A stretch of 46,731 bases of DNA from Bacteroidia bacterium. GTDB taxonomy: Bacteria; Bacteroidota; Bacteroidia; SXHM01. Numbering within the stretch: position 1 is the stretch's first letter; the number at the start of each line of letters is the position of its first letter. Below, piece by piece: positions 17,943-26,209 of this stretch. The notes beneath the pieces were generated by a model. It made no database searches and had not been told where the DNA came from. It saw nothing but the letters and a program-made list of their open reading frames with translations. A program made the translations under genes and the position numbers. The DNA lies in contig JAGVLY010000086.1 of assembly GCA_020054035.1 (NCBI GenBank), forward strand, positions 1 through 46,731, in the 5' to 3' direction.

Positions 17943-18386
17943 ATGAAATACTTTGCCACAATTTTAACGCTTACTATCCTCATTACTTCCTGCACAAAGG
18001 AGAAAATAAAATCAGAATTAATACTTGGCGACTGGCAGATAAATGCACTAACCGTTGACCCTCCACAAGTAGTGAATAACATTATAATAACTAACCTGTA
18101 TGCACAAATGGAAGATTGCGACAAGGATAATACACTCAGCTTTTTTGACAACAAAACCTACAAAGCAGATGAGGGTGCCACCAATTGCGATTCGCTTGAC
18201 CCGCAAAACATTTCGGGCAATTGGATGTTTTTAAACAACGAAACTGAACTGCGTTTAATATACCAGAGCGATACTATTGTATATAACGTGATTGACCTTG
18301 ATGAAGAATTATTGAAAATGAATTATTCCCAGCGCGACAGCAATAACATCATGCATACACTTTCTGTAACATTTGAGCATTTATAA
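17943..18386 (+). CDS. Lipocalin-like lipoprotein
   Basis: Lipobox ITSC; LILGDW; DCDKDNTLSF...ADEGATNC...GNW. Confidence 0.75.
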   Translation: MKYFATILTLTILITSCTKEKIKSELILGDWQINALTVDPPQVVNNIIITNLYAQMEDCDKDNTLSFFDNKTYKADEGATNCDSLDPQNISGNWMFLNNETELRLIYQSDTIVYNVIDLDEELLKMNYSQRDSNNIMHTLSVTFEHL

Positions 18387-18389
18387 ATC

Positions 18390-19361
18390 ATGAGTGTTAT
18401 CCAAAGAGTGATTGACCGAATGAAACCGGGCGAAGATATCGGTCTTGACCATGTTGGCCAGAAAGGGAGACAGCGTTCCATCAATCCCGATGGCTCTTAT
18501 AATCTGGAACGCAAAACAGGAAGGCTGTTCGGAAACTTCTTTCTGTTCAACTGGCTTATCACTACTTCATGGACAAACTACTGGATTGCACTGGTGTGTT
18601 TTTATCTTTTCGACAATGTTGTTTTCGGAAGCCTGTATTATTGGTTAGGCTCTGAAAATCTTTACGGAATTGTAGGCACAACTGAGTTCGACAAATTCAT
18701 GAGTTGCTTCTTTTTCAGTTGCCAGACCTTTACCACTGTTGGCTATGGCGGGCTTCATCCTATTGGAAAAATAGCCAGCTCTATGGCTGCCATTGAAGCA
18801 TTTCTTGGCCTTATGGCCTTTGCAGTAGCAACAGGAACATTGTATGGTCGCTTCTCAAGACCAAAAGCACGGATAAAATACAGCCCCAACATTATTATTG
18901 CACCCTTCAAAGGAAAAACTGCCATGCAGTTTATAGTAGCCAACGAAATGAATACCGTTTACATGGGAATGGAAGCCAAAGTAAACATCAGTTGGCAGGA
19001 AGATGAAGGTAGCGGCAAAACAGTAAGACGCTTTCAGCAAGTAAAATTAGAGATTGATAAAATAACCATGTTCCCCACCAGCTGGACCATCAATCACCCC
19101 ATTGATGAGGAGAGTGCCTTATACGGGAAAACACAAAGTGATATACAAAAAATGGATCTGGAGATTTTTGTTTTGCTCAAAGGCTTTGACGATACCTTTT
19201 CACAAACTATTTACAGCCGCCAATCTTATACATCTGAGCAATTTGTGTGGGGCGCAAAATTCCGCAGACCTTTTGGTGTAAACGCTGCCGGAAAATTAGA
19301 AATGGATTTAACCAAAGTTGGCGAATACGACAAAGCAGATATTGTTCATCTGGTGAGTTAA
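18390..19361 (+). CDS. Inward-rectifier potassium channel (KirBac-like)
   Basis: Two TM helices around FFFSCQTFTTVGYG; GRFSRP; WTINHPIDEESALYG; cytoplasmic Kir domain. Confidence 0.93.
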   Translation: MSVIQRVIDRMKPGEDIGLDHVGQKGRQRSINPDGSYNLERKTGRLFGNFFLFNWLITTSWTNYWIALVCFYLFDNVVFGSLYYWLGSENLYGIVGTTEFDKFMSCFFFSCQTFTTVGYGGLHPIGKIASSMAAIEAFLGLMAFAVATGTLYGRFSRPKARIKYSPNIIIAPFKGKTAMQFIVANEMNTVYMGMEAKVNISWQEDEGSGKTVRRFQQVKLEIDKITMFPTSWTINHPIDEESALYGKTQSDIQKMDLEIFVLLKGFDDTFSQTIYSRQSYTSEQFVWGAKFRRPFGVNAAGKLEMDLTKVGEYDKADIVHLVS

Positions 19362-20044
19362 GCCTGCTTCTTCAAAAACTCCCGCTCCAATACATCCGAA
19401 CGGCTGATAATAGCCCGAAGCCAGTCAATTTTTATTTCTAATATTTCTTCATCTGACAGTTTCCAGTTCAGCTCTGACTGACGAAGTTTTAAATTGAGAT
19501 GGTGCATACAAATAGCTGCCGAAACCGAAATATTCAGACTTTCAGTAAAGCCAACCATTGGTATTTTCACAAACTCATCGGCATTTTGCAATGCAATATC
19601 CGATAAGCCGTCTATCTCGGTGCCGAACATTAAAGCAAACTTGGTATCAATTTTCAACTCTTCCAGCGGAACACTTTGATAATGGGGCGTTGTGGCAACA
19701 ATACGATAGCCTTTCTTCTTCAGGGTGTCTACACATTCCAGCGTGTTGTTAGCGTTCCAGTTGTATTTGTGCATGTTCAGCCATTTGGATGAACCCAACT
19801 CCACATCAGGATTTAGTTTGTACTTGTTTTTGTTCTCAATAATATGAACGTCCTGCACACCAAAACAATCGCAGGTTCTCAACACAGCACTGGCATTCTG
19901 CGACTGATAAATATCTTCCAATACAACCGTAAAATGGCGGGTGCGATTCACAATCACATCATTCAGGCGCTTATGCCTTTCATCGGTAATAAATTGGGCA
20001 AAATATTTATATAAATTCTCTTTTTCAGGAACAGTCATAATCAT
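19358..20044 (-). CDS. trmH: SpoU/TrmH family RNA 2'-O-methyltransferase
   Basis: NASAVLRTCDCFG, FGTEIDGLS, IPMVGFTESLNISVSAA. Start at 20044 or 20038, supported by a TACTTTTG box at 20054-20061. Confidence 0.9.
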   Translation of the reverse strand: MIMTVPEKENLYKYFAQFITDERHKRLNDVIVNRTRHFTVVLEDIYQSQNASAVLRTCDCFGVQDVHIIENKNKYKLNPDVELGSSKWLNMHKYNWNANNTLECVDTLKKKGYRIVATTPHYQSVPLEELKIDTKFALMFGTEIDGLSDIALQNADEFVKIPMVGFTESLNISVSAAICMHHLNLKLRQSELNWKLSDEEILEIKIDWLRAIISRSDVLEREFLKKQA

Positions 20045-20143
20045 TATTTGCAGCAAAAGTAAAAGAAGATAAATGTTCTTCGGTAAATATTTCTTAACTT
20101 TAACCAACTAATGCCGTAAAACATTCACCAAAACAGAAGTATT

Positions 20144-20776
20144 ATGGACAAAAAATTAATTTTCCGTACAGGATTTTCAGTATTGCTCTCTATCCTTTTT
20201 TTTACTGCAAGCGCTGCTATTCATGAAGTAATGGTTTCAAGCAACCAATTCAATCCAAACTCCTTAAATGTAAATGTTGGAGACACTGTACGTTTTATGT
20301 GGATGAATGGAAGTCATACCACTACATCAGTAAGTATCCCAGTAGGGGCAGCAACTTGGGACTCCCCTATGACCAGCAGCGTTTCGCAATTTGATTATAA
20401 AGTAACCGTTGCTGGAAGCTATGGCTATAAATGCACACCACATGCCTTAGGTGGTATGGTTGGGTCTTTTACCGCAAGCGGCACTACAGGCATTGACCTT
20501 GGTGATGTAATCAACTTAACTTCACTTTATCCTAATCCGTTCAGCAACGAACTCTTTATTGAGCAAGGAAACGAACAACCTGAATACACTCAGATTTCTA
20601 TTTCAGATATTTTAGGCAAACAAATAAAAAGCATCACGATTGAGAGTCTTTCTGTTGTATCAATTGGCAAAAGAAGAATTGATGTTGGTGAACTTCCGAA
20701 GGGAATTTACTTCGTAACGCTGAAAGGCAACGGAGCAAAAGCAAAGACTATCCGCTTAGTTAAGGAAGGTGTCTAA
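20144..20776 (+). CDS. Plastocyanin/azurin-like cupredoxin with T9SS C-terminal domain
   Basis: FNPNSLNVNVGDTV, H(TTTS), YKCTPHALGGM type-1 Cu ligands; YPNPF...ISDILGK...GIYFV...LVK CTD. Confidence 0.88.
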   Translation: MDKKLIFRTGFSVLLSILFFTASAAIHEVMVSSNQFNPNSLNVNVGDTVRFMWMNGSHTTTSVSIPVGAATWDSPMTSSVSQFDYKVTVAGSYGYKCTPHALGGMVGSFTASGTTGIDLGDVINLTSLYPNPFSNELFIEQGNEQPEYTQISISDILGKQIKSITIESLSVVSIGKRRIDVGELPKGIYFVTLKGNGAKAKTIRLVKEGV

Positions 20777-20791
20777 AAGCAGCCCCGTCTA

Positions 20792-21460
20792 TTATTTCTT
20801 CCAGCCCATCTTTTGGTGCTCTGCATCATTTGTATCAAACAAATGCGGGTAATATTCCTGTAATGAATTGATAAAAAGTTCGCGGGGAACATCAGCGAAC
20901 GTACCGAAATCATGAAGATATTCCATGAATTTTTTGCCACCCGCAAATTCGTGGAAAATAGAATCATTAATACCATCAAACTCCAGAGATGCCACTCCGA
21001 ATTTATCGCAGAGTGATCTATTGAATGCAGGCGTTGCTTTCACCCATTTTCCATTCAGAAATAATTCAGTGAAACCGTGGAAAACAAAAACATCGCTACG
21101 TAATAAATCAAGCAATTTCTGAGTAGATAAATGATTTTTAACATTTGCAAAACCAAGCCGTGCAGGAATACCAACTGCGCGTGCTGCTGCTGCAAGCAAT
21201 GTTGCTTTTTCACCGCAATATCCTGAACCTCTTTTCAAGGTTGCACTGCCCTTCATGGCCTCTGCGTTTAAGTCAACATGGTATGGATCATAGAGAAAAT
21301 TATCACGAACGGCATAATAAAGTTTTACTGCTTTTCCAATATCGGTAGTTGCGCCTTCCGTATGCTTTTTTGCAAAAGCAATTACATCGGGCGAATCACT
21401 GTCTATATAATAAGCCGGAGCTAAATAAATTGCTAAATCTTGTTTTTCTTTGGTTTCCAT
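20792..21460 (-). CDS. Transglutaminase-like superfamily protein
   Basis: GYCGEKA...ARAVGIPARLGFANVKNHL...HGFTELFLNGKWVKATPAF. Start METKEK at 21460, with a TATTTTTG box at 21469-21476. Confidence 0.88.
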   Translation of the reverse strand: METKEKQDLAIYLAPAYYIDSDSPDVIAFAKKHTEGATTDIGKAVKLYYAVRDNFLYDPYHVDLNAEAMKGSATLKRGSGYCGEKATLLAAAARAVGIPARLGFANVKNHLSTQKLLDLLRSDVFVFHGFTELFLNGKWVKATPAFNRSLCDKFGVASLEFDGINDSIFHEFAGGKKFMEYLHDFGTFADVPRELFINSLQEYYPHLFDTNDAEHQKMGWKK

Positions 21461-21497
21461 AATGGCTGCAAAAATACGGTATTTTAGCGCAGTAAAT

Positions 21498-22127
21498 ATG
21501 TTCACTCCATTCATCCATTCACTTGAACAGCGCCTGCAACAAACCCTGCCGGGAGCTGAAGCGCAGTTTAAAATGGCTTCACAGTTTAGGTTGCCGATTG
21601 ACATGGAACAGTTTGATTTGAGCAAAGCAAGAAAAGGTGCTGTTCTTATTCTGCTCTATCCTCATGGGGATAAAATCAACACAGTGCTGACACTTCGCCC
21701 ATCTTACGATGGCGTACACAGCGGACAGGTAAGTTTTCCGGGAGGCAAACTTGACCCCGAAGATGAAAGCCTTGCTGCTGCTGCCTTACGTGAAGCAGAA
21801 GAAGAAGTGGGATTAAACAGAAATGAAGTAACGCTTATCGGAAATCTGACCGATCTTTACATACCGCCCAGCAACTTTTTAGTCTCTCCGTTTGTGGGAA
21901 TAATGGATAAAAAACCTGTGCTGACAAAAAATGAACGCGAAGTGGAAAAGATAATTGAAGTGCCCATCACCTACTTCCTTGACGAAAGCATAAAAGGAAA
22001 AAAAATGATTACACCCCGCGAGTTTGTATCATTTGAAGCACCCTATTACGATGTGGAAGGCCACACCGTTTGGGGTGCAACAGCCATGATGCTGAGCGAA
22101 ATGATGGAGGTAATCAGACAATTATAA
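21498..22127 (+). CDS. NUDIX hydrolase, CoA pyrophosphatase (NudL/PCD1-like)
   Basis: LTLR...HSGQVSFPGG, ALREAEEEVGL, VWGATAMML; start MFTPF at 21498. Confidence 0.92.
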   Translation: MFTPFIHSLEQRLQQTLPGAEAQFKMASQFRLPIDMEQFDLSKARKGAVLILLYPHGDKINTVLTLRPSYDGVHSGQVSFPGGKLDPEDESLAAAALREAEEEVGLNRNEVTLIGNLTDLYIPPSNFLVSPFVGIMDKKPVLTKNEREVEKIIEVPITYFLDESIKGKKMITPREFVSFEAPYYDVEGHTVWGATAMMLSEMMEVIRQL

Positions 22128-23602
22128 TGGCTCACGCACTTTCTAAATCGTCTTTTATCCGTGGGATGCAGTGCATCAAATCACTTTACCTCTACAAGCA
22201 CAATTACAAACTGCGCGATGCAATAAGTCCTTCGCAGCAGGCGCTTTTCTCAAGAGGAATAAATGTGGGAAAAATTGCGCAGGATATTTTTCCGGGCGGT
22301 GTGGATGTTACTCCCGAAAGCGTTTTCAAGTATTCTGTATCAGTTGAGAAAACACGTAAACTAATTGAAGAAGGAATAGAAATTATTTACGAAGCCGCAT
22401 TCATTTTCAATGATGTGCTGGCTGCCGTTGACATTCTTGTAAAACGTGATGGGAAATGGTTTGCATACGAGGTAAAAAGTTCAACGCGCGTGAGCGATGT
22501 GTACCGCTTAGATGCTTCGCTGCAGTATTACGTGATTACTAATGCGGGAATTAATCTTGCAGATTTTTCTATTCTGCATCTTAACAATCAATATATAAGA
22601 AAAGGAAAGATAGAACCGGAGAATTTATTTACTGCTGTTTCACTGCTCAGCGAGTGCGAAAAAAATCAAACGATGATTGCTGACAAAGTGCGCGAACTGA
22701 AAGATGTTTCCTCGCTTTCTTCGGTGCCTGCTATTAAAATAGGTAAGCATTGTTTTGAGCCTTATGCCTGCGATTTCATGGGGCAATGCTGGAAAAATGT
22801 ACCGCAGAATTCGGTATTTGAACTGGCGGGTATGAGCAAAGAAAAACAGTTTGAGCTATTTGATAGCGGCATTGTGAAAATAAGTGATGTGCCACCCGAT
22901 TATTCACTGGAGAAAAATCAACGGATACAGGTAGATGCCACCAATTCAGGAAAAGAACTGATTGACAAAACAGCGATTGACAAGTTTCTCTTCAGGATCA
23001 ATTACTCGGTTTACTTCTTCGACATTGAAACGTTTATGCCTGCTGTGCCAATGTTTGATGGCACCAGCCCCTTTCAGCATATTCCTTTTCAGTATTCGTT
23101 GCATTATAAAAAAGCAAAAGATGCGCCTTTACAGCACATTGAGTTTTTAGCAGAATCAGGGCTTGACCCGCGCAAAGAATTTATCACCCATTTTCTGGAA
23201 AGCACAAAAGATGCTGTCTGCATATTAGTTTATAACCGCATGTTTGAAAGTTCGGTTATTGCAAGGCTGGGAAATGATTTCCTGGAACTGAAACCCGAAA
23301 TAGAAAAGCGTCTCGCGATTATGATAGATCTGATGGAGCCTTTTCAAAAACGGCATTATTATCATCCTTTGATGAAAGGTTCGCACTCCATAAAGAATGT
23401 ATTACCTGCGCTATTCCCTGATTTCAATCACAAGAATTTAGCAATCAGTGATGGCACCATGGCTATGGGTGCTTTTGAACAACTGCAAACCGAAACCGAT
23501 ATTTTTAAAATTGCTGAACTGCGCGACAACCTGCTAGAGTATTGCAAACTGGATACGTTGGCGATGGTGAAAATCTTTGAATTTCTGGAAAAGATTAATT
23601 AA
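22127..23602 (+). CDS. DUF2779-like protein: Cas4/RecB-like PD-(D/E)XK nuclease fused to an RNase H-fold DEDD exonuclease-like domain
   Basis: LSKS...QC, IYEAAF...VDIL...EVKSS, QYYV, CxxPYxCxFxxxC; FFDIET, VYNRMFE, YCKLD. ATG 22127 overlaps the NUDIX stop (TAATG). Confidence 0.82.
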   Translation: MAHALSKSSFIRGMQCIKSLYLYKHNYKLRDAISPSQQALFSRGINVGKIAQDIFPGGVDVTPESVFKYSVSVEKTRKLIEEGIEIIYEAAFIFNDVLAAVDILVKRDGKWFAYEVKSSTRVSDVYRLDASLQYYVITNAGINLADFSILHLNNQYIRKGKIEPENLFTAVSLLSECEKNQTMIADKVRELKDVSSLSSVPAIKIGKHCFEPYACDFMGQCWKNVPQNSVFELAGMSKEKQFELFDSGIVKISDVPPDYSLEKNQRIQVDATNSGKELIDKTAIDKFLFRINYSVYFFDIETFMPAVPMFDGTSPFQHIPFQYSLHYKKAKDAPLQHIEFLAESGLDPRKEFITHFLESTKDAVCILVYNRMFESSVIARLGNDFLELKPEIEKRLAIMIDLMEPFQKRHYYHPLMKGSHSIKNVLPALFPDFNHKNLAISDGTMAMGAFEQLQTETDIFKIAELRDNLLEYCKLDTLAMVKIFEFLEKIN

Positions 23603-23637
23603 CCACAGAGGCACAGAGAACATAGAAGTTCATTGAG
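23601..23637 (+). repeat. Single arm of an 8-9-mer repeat element (CACAGAG)
   Basis: aaccacagag-gcacagag-aacatagaag-ttcattgag between convergent stop codons. Confidence 0.6.
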
Positions 23638-23638
23638 G

Positions 23639-24202
23639 CTAAACACCCAGTGTTTTCAGCAGATAGCCGAGGAAGGAGATAAACATAAACACCATTCCAA
23701 GAATAATCAATCTGTTTACTGCCACTTCTTTATTACCTGTTTTGGCGGGTTGAAAATTCACCATCATAACAGAAAACAATTCAGATGCCCTTGAAGAAAA
23801 CGTTTTCTCTTCGCCTGTTAGCCTGTTCAGTTTATTGTTCAATAGGTAGGTCATGTAAAGACTTAATGCCAATAATATCGCAAGAAAAAAAGAGAACAAG
23901 GCAATTGATTTATTAACGTATTTTTCGTAACCTGAAGTGACGCTCAATCTGTTTATCGTCTCTTTCTGGCTTTTAAAAATAGCTTCATCCATGATTTTAA
24001 TAATGTGCAAATTTTCGATGTAGCTGCTGTTCTCCGTTGTGTTCAAACTGTCAATGTTTCTGCCATTTAATATGCGTTCGTTTTCTTTAACAAGCTGCTC
24101 TCTTTTATTTAGCATGTCGTAGGTTTCACCAATATCGGCTTGCACTGTGGCGAAACAGCTGAACAGAAAAAGAAATATAAAAAATCTCAACATCATTTTC
24201 AA
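23639..24202 (-). CDS. Hypothetical membrane protein
   Basis: Signal peptide, helical extracytoplasmic part, two hydrophobic segments. Confidence 0.7.
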   Translation of the reverse strand: MKMMLRFFIFLFLFSCFATVQADIGETYDMLNKREQLVKENERILNGRNIDSLNTTENSSYIENLHIIKIMDEAIFKSQKETINRLSVTSGYEKYVNKSIALFSFFLAILLALSLYMTYLLNNKLNRLTGEEKTFSSRASELFSVMMVNFQPAKTGNKEVAVNRLIILGMVFMFISFLGYLLKTLGV

Positions 24203-24220
24203 TAGAAGCCGCGAAAATAA

Positions 24221-26014
24221 TTATTTAATCACAACCGTTGTGTTGCCTTTTTCCATGCCATCTTCAGTAAGTGTACATAAGTAATTACCCGCTCTCTGCT
24301 TTGAAACATCAACTGTAAAACCGCTTGTGGTGATGTCTGTCTTTGTAAGAATTACTTTTCCCGAAATATCATACAACGTGAACACATAGTTTGCTCCCTG
24401 TTTAATTTCTGTGAACTGAATAGTTATAAGATTGGATGCCGGATTAGGATACACTTCCAGGCGATTGTACTTTTTTGTGCCTGCCGTTTCTTTTACTCCC
24501 GCCACAAAACCATCTTCAAAAGTCCAACAGTTGAAAACGGTGCCCTCGTTGTCAACAATGCACATACGCACTGAATCATTTCCGAATATTTCCACTCTTC
24601 CGAAACTGGTGTGGAAATTATTATTTCCTAATCCGCTGCCACCTTTGTTCCAGAGTGAATCCAGCACGGGTGGCTGACCTATTAGTGAGCCCACCGAGTC
24701 CATAACATGGTACAGTTTTATTTTACTTTCATCCACCCCCATAGCCGAAGAATTGAATTCAGGTATTCCTGAATTGGTGCCGTCATCCATTGCTGAGGTG
24801 TGTGTATCTCCCGAGAGCAAGATCACATTACGGATATTATTATTTCTGATAAAATGAATGAGTGTATCCTGATCGGCCGGAAAACCTGGCCAGCCATCGG
24901 CAAAGCCTGTTGCCATGGTCATGCCACTGCCACCGCTGCCGCCTATGTCTAAAGTGTTGCGCTGAAATCCAAGCCCCACATTTATCACACGTTTCAATGC
25001 TTTGTTAAACGTTGTTCCCGAGAGCAGGAACTTCCATTTTGCAGTAGAATTTTGCAATCCGTTCAGCAGCCATTGCATTTGTGTTGTACCCAGTATGGTG
25101 TGTCCGGGCAGAGGCGAAAATTCCCAGGGGAAACTTACATCGGTGCTGTCGTAATAAAAGGCTTCGTTGTTGGGCGAACGTGAGCTGCGGTTGTCGAGGA
25201 AAAAGAAATCGGCATTGCCCACCGTAAACTTATGATACAAACCCTGCGAAGTGTCAACCGCACTGTAGCCCGGAAAATAATCCAGCCAGCCGTTGATGGA
25301 GTTGATGCGCTCGTGCGCACCAAGCGGTGCATCAATCAAAACGGTTTCCAATCCGTTGGGGCCGGTGTAGGTAGCCTCCAATGATTGCGTGTTCATAGAA
25401 CTGTTGTTATCGGTATAGTCATGGTCGTCATACACGTATGCAAGAGGTATAGAACGCAGGATAGGAGCTATTCCCGGATAGGAATATTTAGCATGGTAAG
25501 ACGCTGTTACATAATCAAAGTCTTCAGAGAATTCATCGGCTGCATCGGGGTAAGTAAAATCACCCAACTGAATAAACAGATCAGGCTGCTGAGAAGCCAT
25601 AGCAGAAAAAAGCGGTGTCATATCACTACCTTTCATGCAGGAGCCAAATGCAAAGGAAAAATCTGTGGCCGCGCCTGGTTGCGGAAAGGTGGTGAACGAA
25701 GATACAACCGTATCCTGCTGCTGATTTACAAAATAGCGGCAGTAGTAAAGCGTATTAGGTTGAAGTCCGTTTACGGTAATAATAGCGCTGGTATCTTTTA
25801 ATGTTCTTAAGCTATCATTAAAGGAAATTGGGTTGCTGAAGCCGGCATCGGTATCTAATTGAACCTGCACATCGCCTGCCTGATTGCTGCGGATAAAAAT
25901 GCGCGCAGAAACATTGGTTACTGCACCGGCAACAGGGCCGAACAAGATATTCTGGGCGGAAGCAGTGAGAAGGTAAGAGAGTGAGAAAGTGAGAAAGAGA
26001 ATTGTTTTGTTCAT
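24221..26014 (-). CDS. phoD: PhoD-like alkaline phosphatase with T9SS C-terminal domain
   Basis: AFGSC, LGDFTYPD, DDHDY, LDNRSSR, DGWPGF, SGDTH; CTD YPNPA...YDISGK...GNYL. Confidence 0.88.
   Translation of the reverse strand: MNKTILFLTFSLSYLLTASAQNILFGPVAGAVTNVSARIFIRSNQAGDVQVQLDTDAGFSNPISFNDSLRTLKDTSAIITVNGLQPNTLYYCRYFVNQQQDTVVSSFTTFPQPGAATDFSFAFGSCMKGSDMTPLFSAMASQQPDLFIQLGDFTYPDAADEFSEDFDYVTASYHAKYSYPGIAPILRSIPLAYVYDDHDYTDNNSSMNTQSLEATYTGPNGLETVLIDAPLGAHERINSINGWLDYFPGYSAVDTSQGLYHKFTVGNADFFFLDNRSSRSPNNEAFYYDSTDVSFPWEFSPLPGHTILGTTQMQWLLNGLQNSTAKWKFLLSGTTFNKALKRVINVGLGFQRNTLDIGGSGGSGMTMATGFADGWPGFPADQDTLIHFIRNNNIRNVILLSGDTHTSAMDDGTNSGIPEFNSSAMGVDESKIKLYHVMDSVGSLIGQPPVLDSLWNKGGSGLGNNNFHTSFGRVEIFGNDSVRMCIVDNEGTVFNCWTFEDGFVAGVKETAGTKKYNRLEVYPNPASNLITIQFTEIKQGANYVFTLYDISGKVILTKTDITTSGFTVDVSKQRAGNYLCTLTEDGMEKGNTTVVIK
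25952..26014 (-). repeat. 63-nt inverted repeat, copy A (signal-peptide coding region of the phoD-like gene)
   Basis: 56/63 nt identical to 27751-27813 by manual alignment, with a 32-nt exact core CAATTCTCTTTCTCACTTTCTCACTCTCTTAC. Confidence 0.92.
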
Positions 26015-26030
26015 AGTTATTTTTGTGTTA

Positions 26031-26071
26031 GCCCTTCGTCCCGATAGCTATCGGGAATGCTCAGGGTGACA
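26031..26071. repeat. REP copy interrupted by the 18-bp palindrome (26039-26056)
   Basis: gcccttcg[tcccgatagctatcggga]atgctcagggtgaca versus gcccttcg[act]acgctcagggtgaca at 5189-5214. Confidence 0.88.
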
Positions 26072-26209
26072 TTTGCTATTTGGCTACTTGACTGTTTAAA
26101 CAGCAACGAAGGTAAAATTTTCCGTTTACGAAATAATAACAGCATATTCCTTGTAATTCAGGATATTATTGGCAAATTTGCAGGCATTCAAAAAATACCG
26201 TTTCCTTCC

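Noticed and set aside
20792-22127. Apparent head-to-head overlap of the transglutaminase and NUDIX ORFs
   Set aside because: Artefact of longest-ORF starts; the likely starts 21460 and 21498 leave a short divergent promoter gap.
26057-26209. 51-aa N-terminal extension of the adhesin
   Set aside because: That ATG is inside the REP; the signal peptide begins at 26210.
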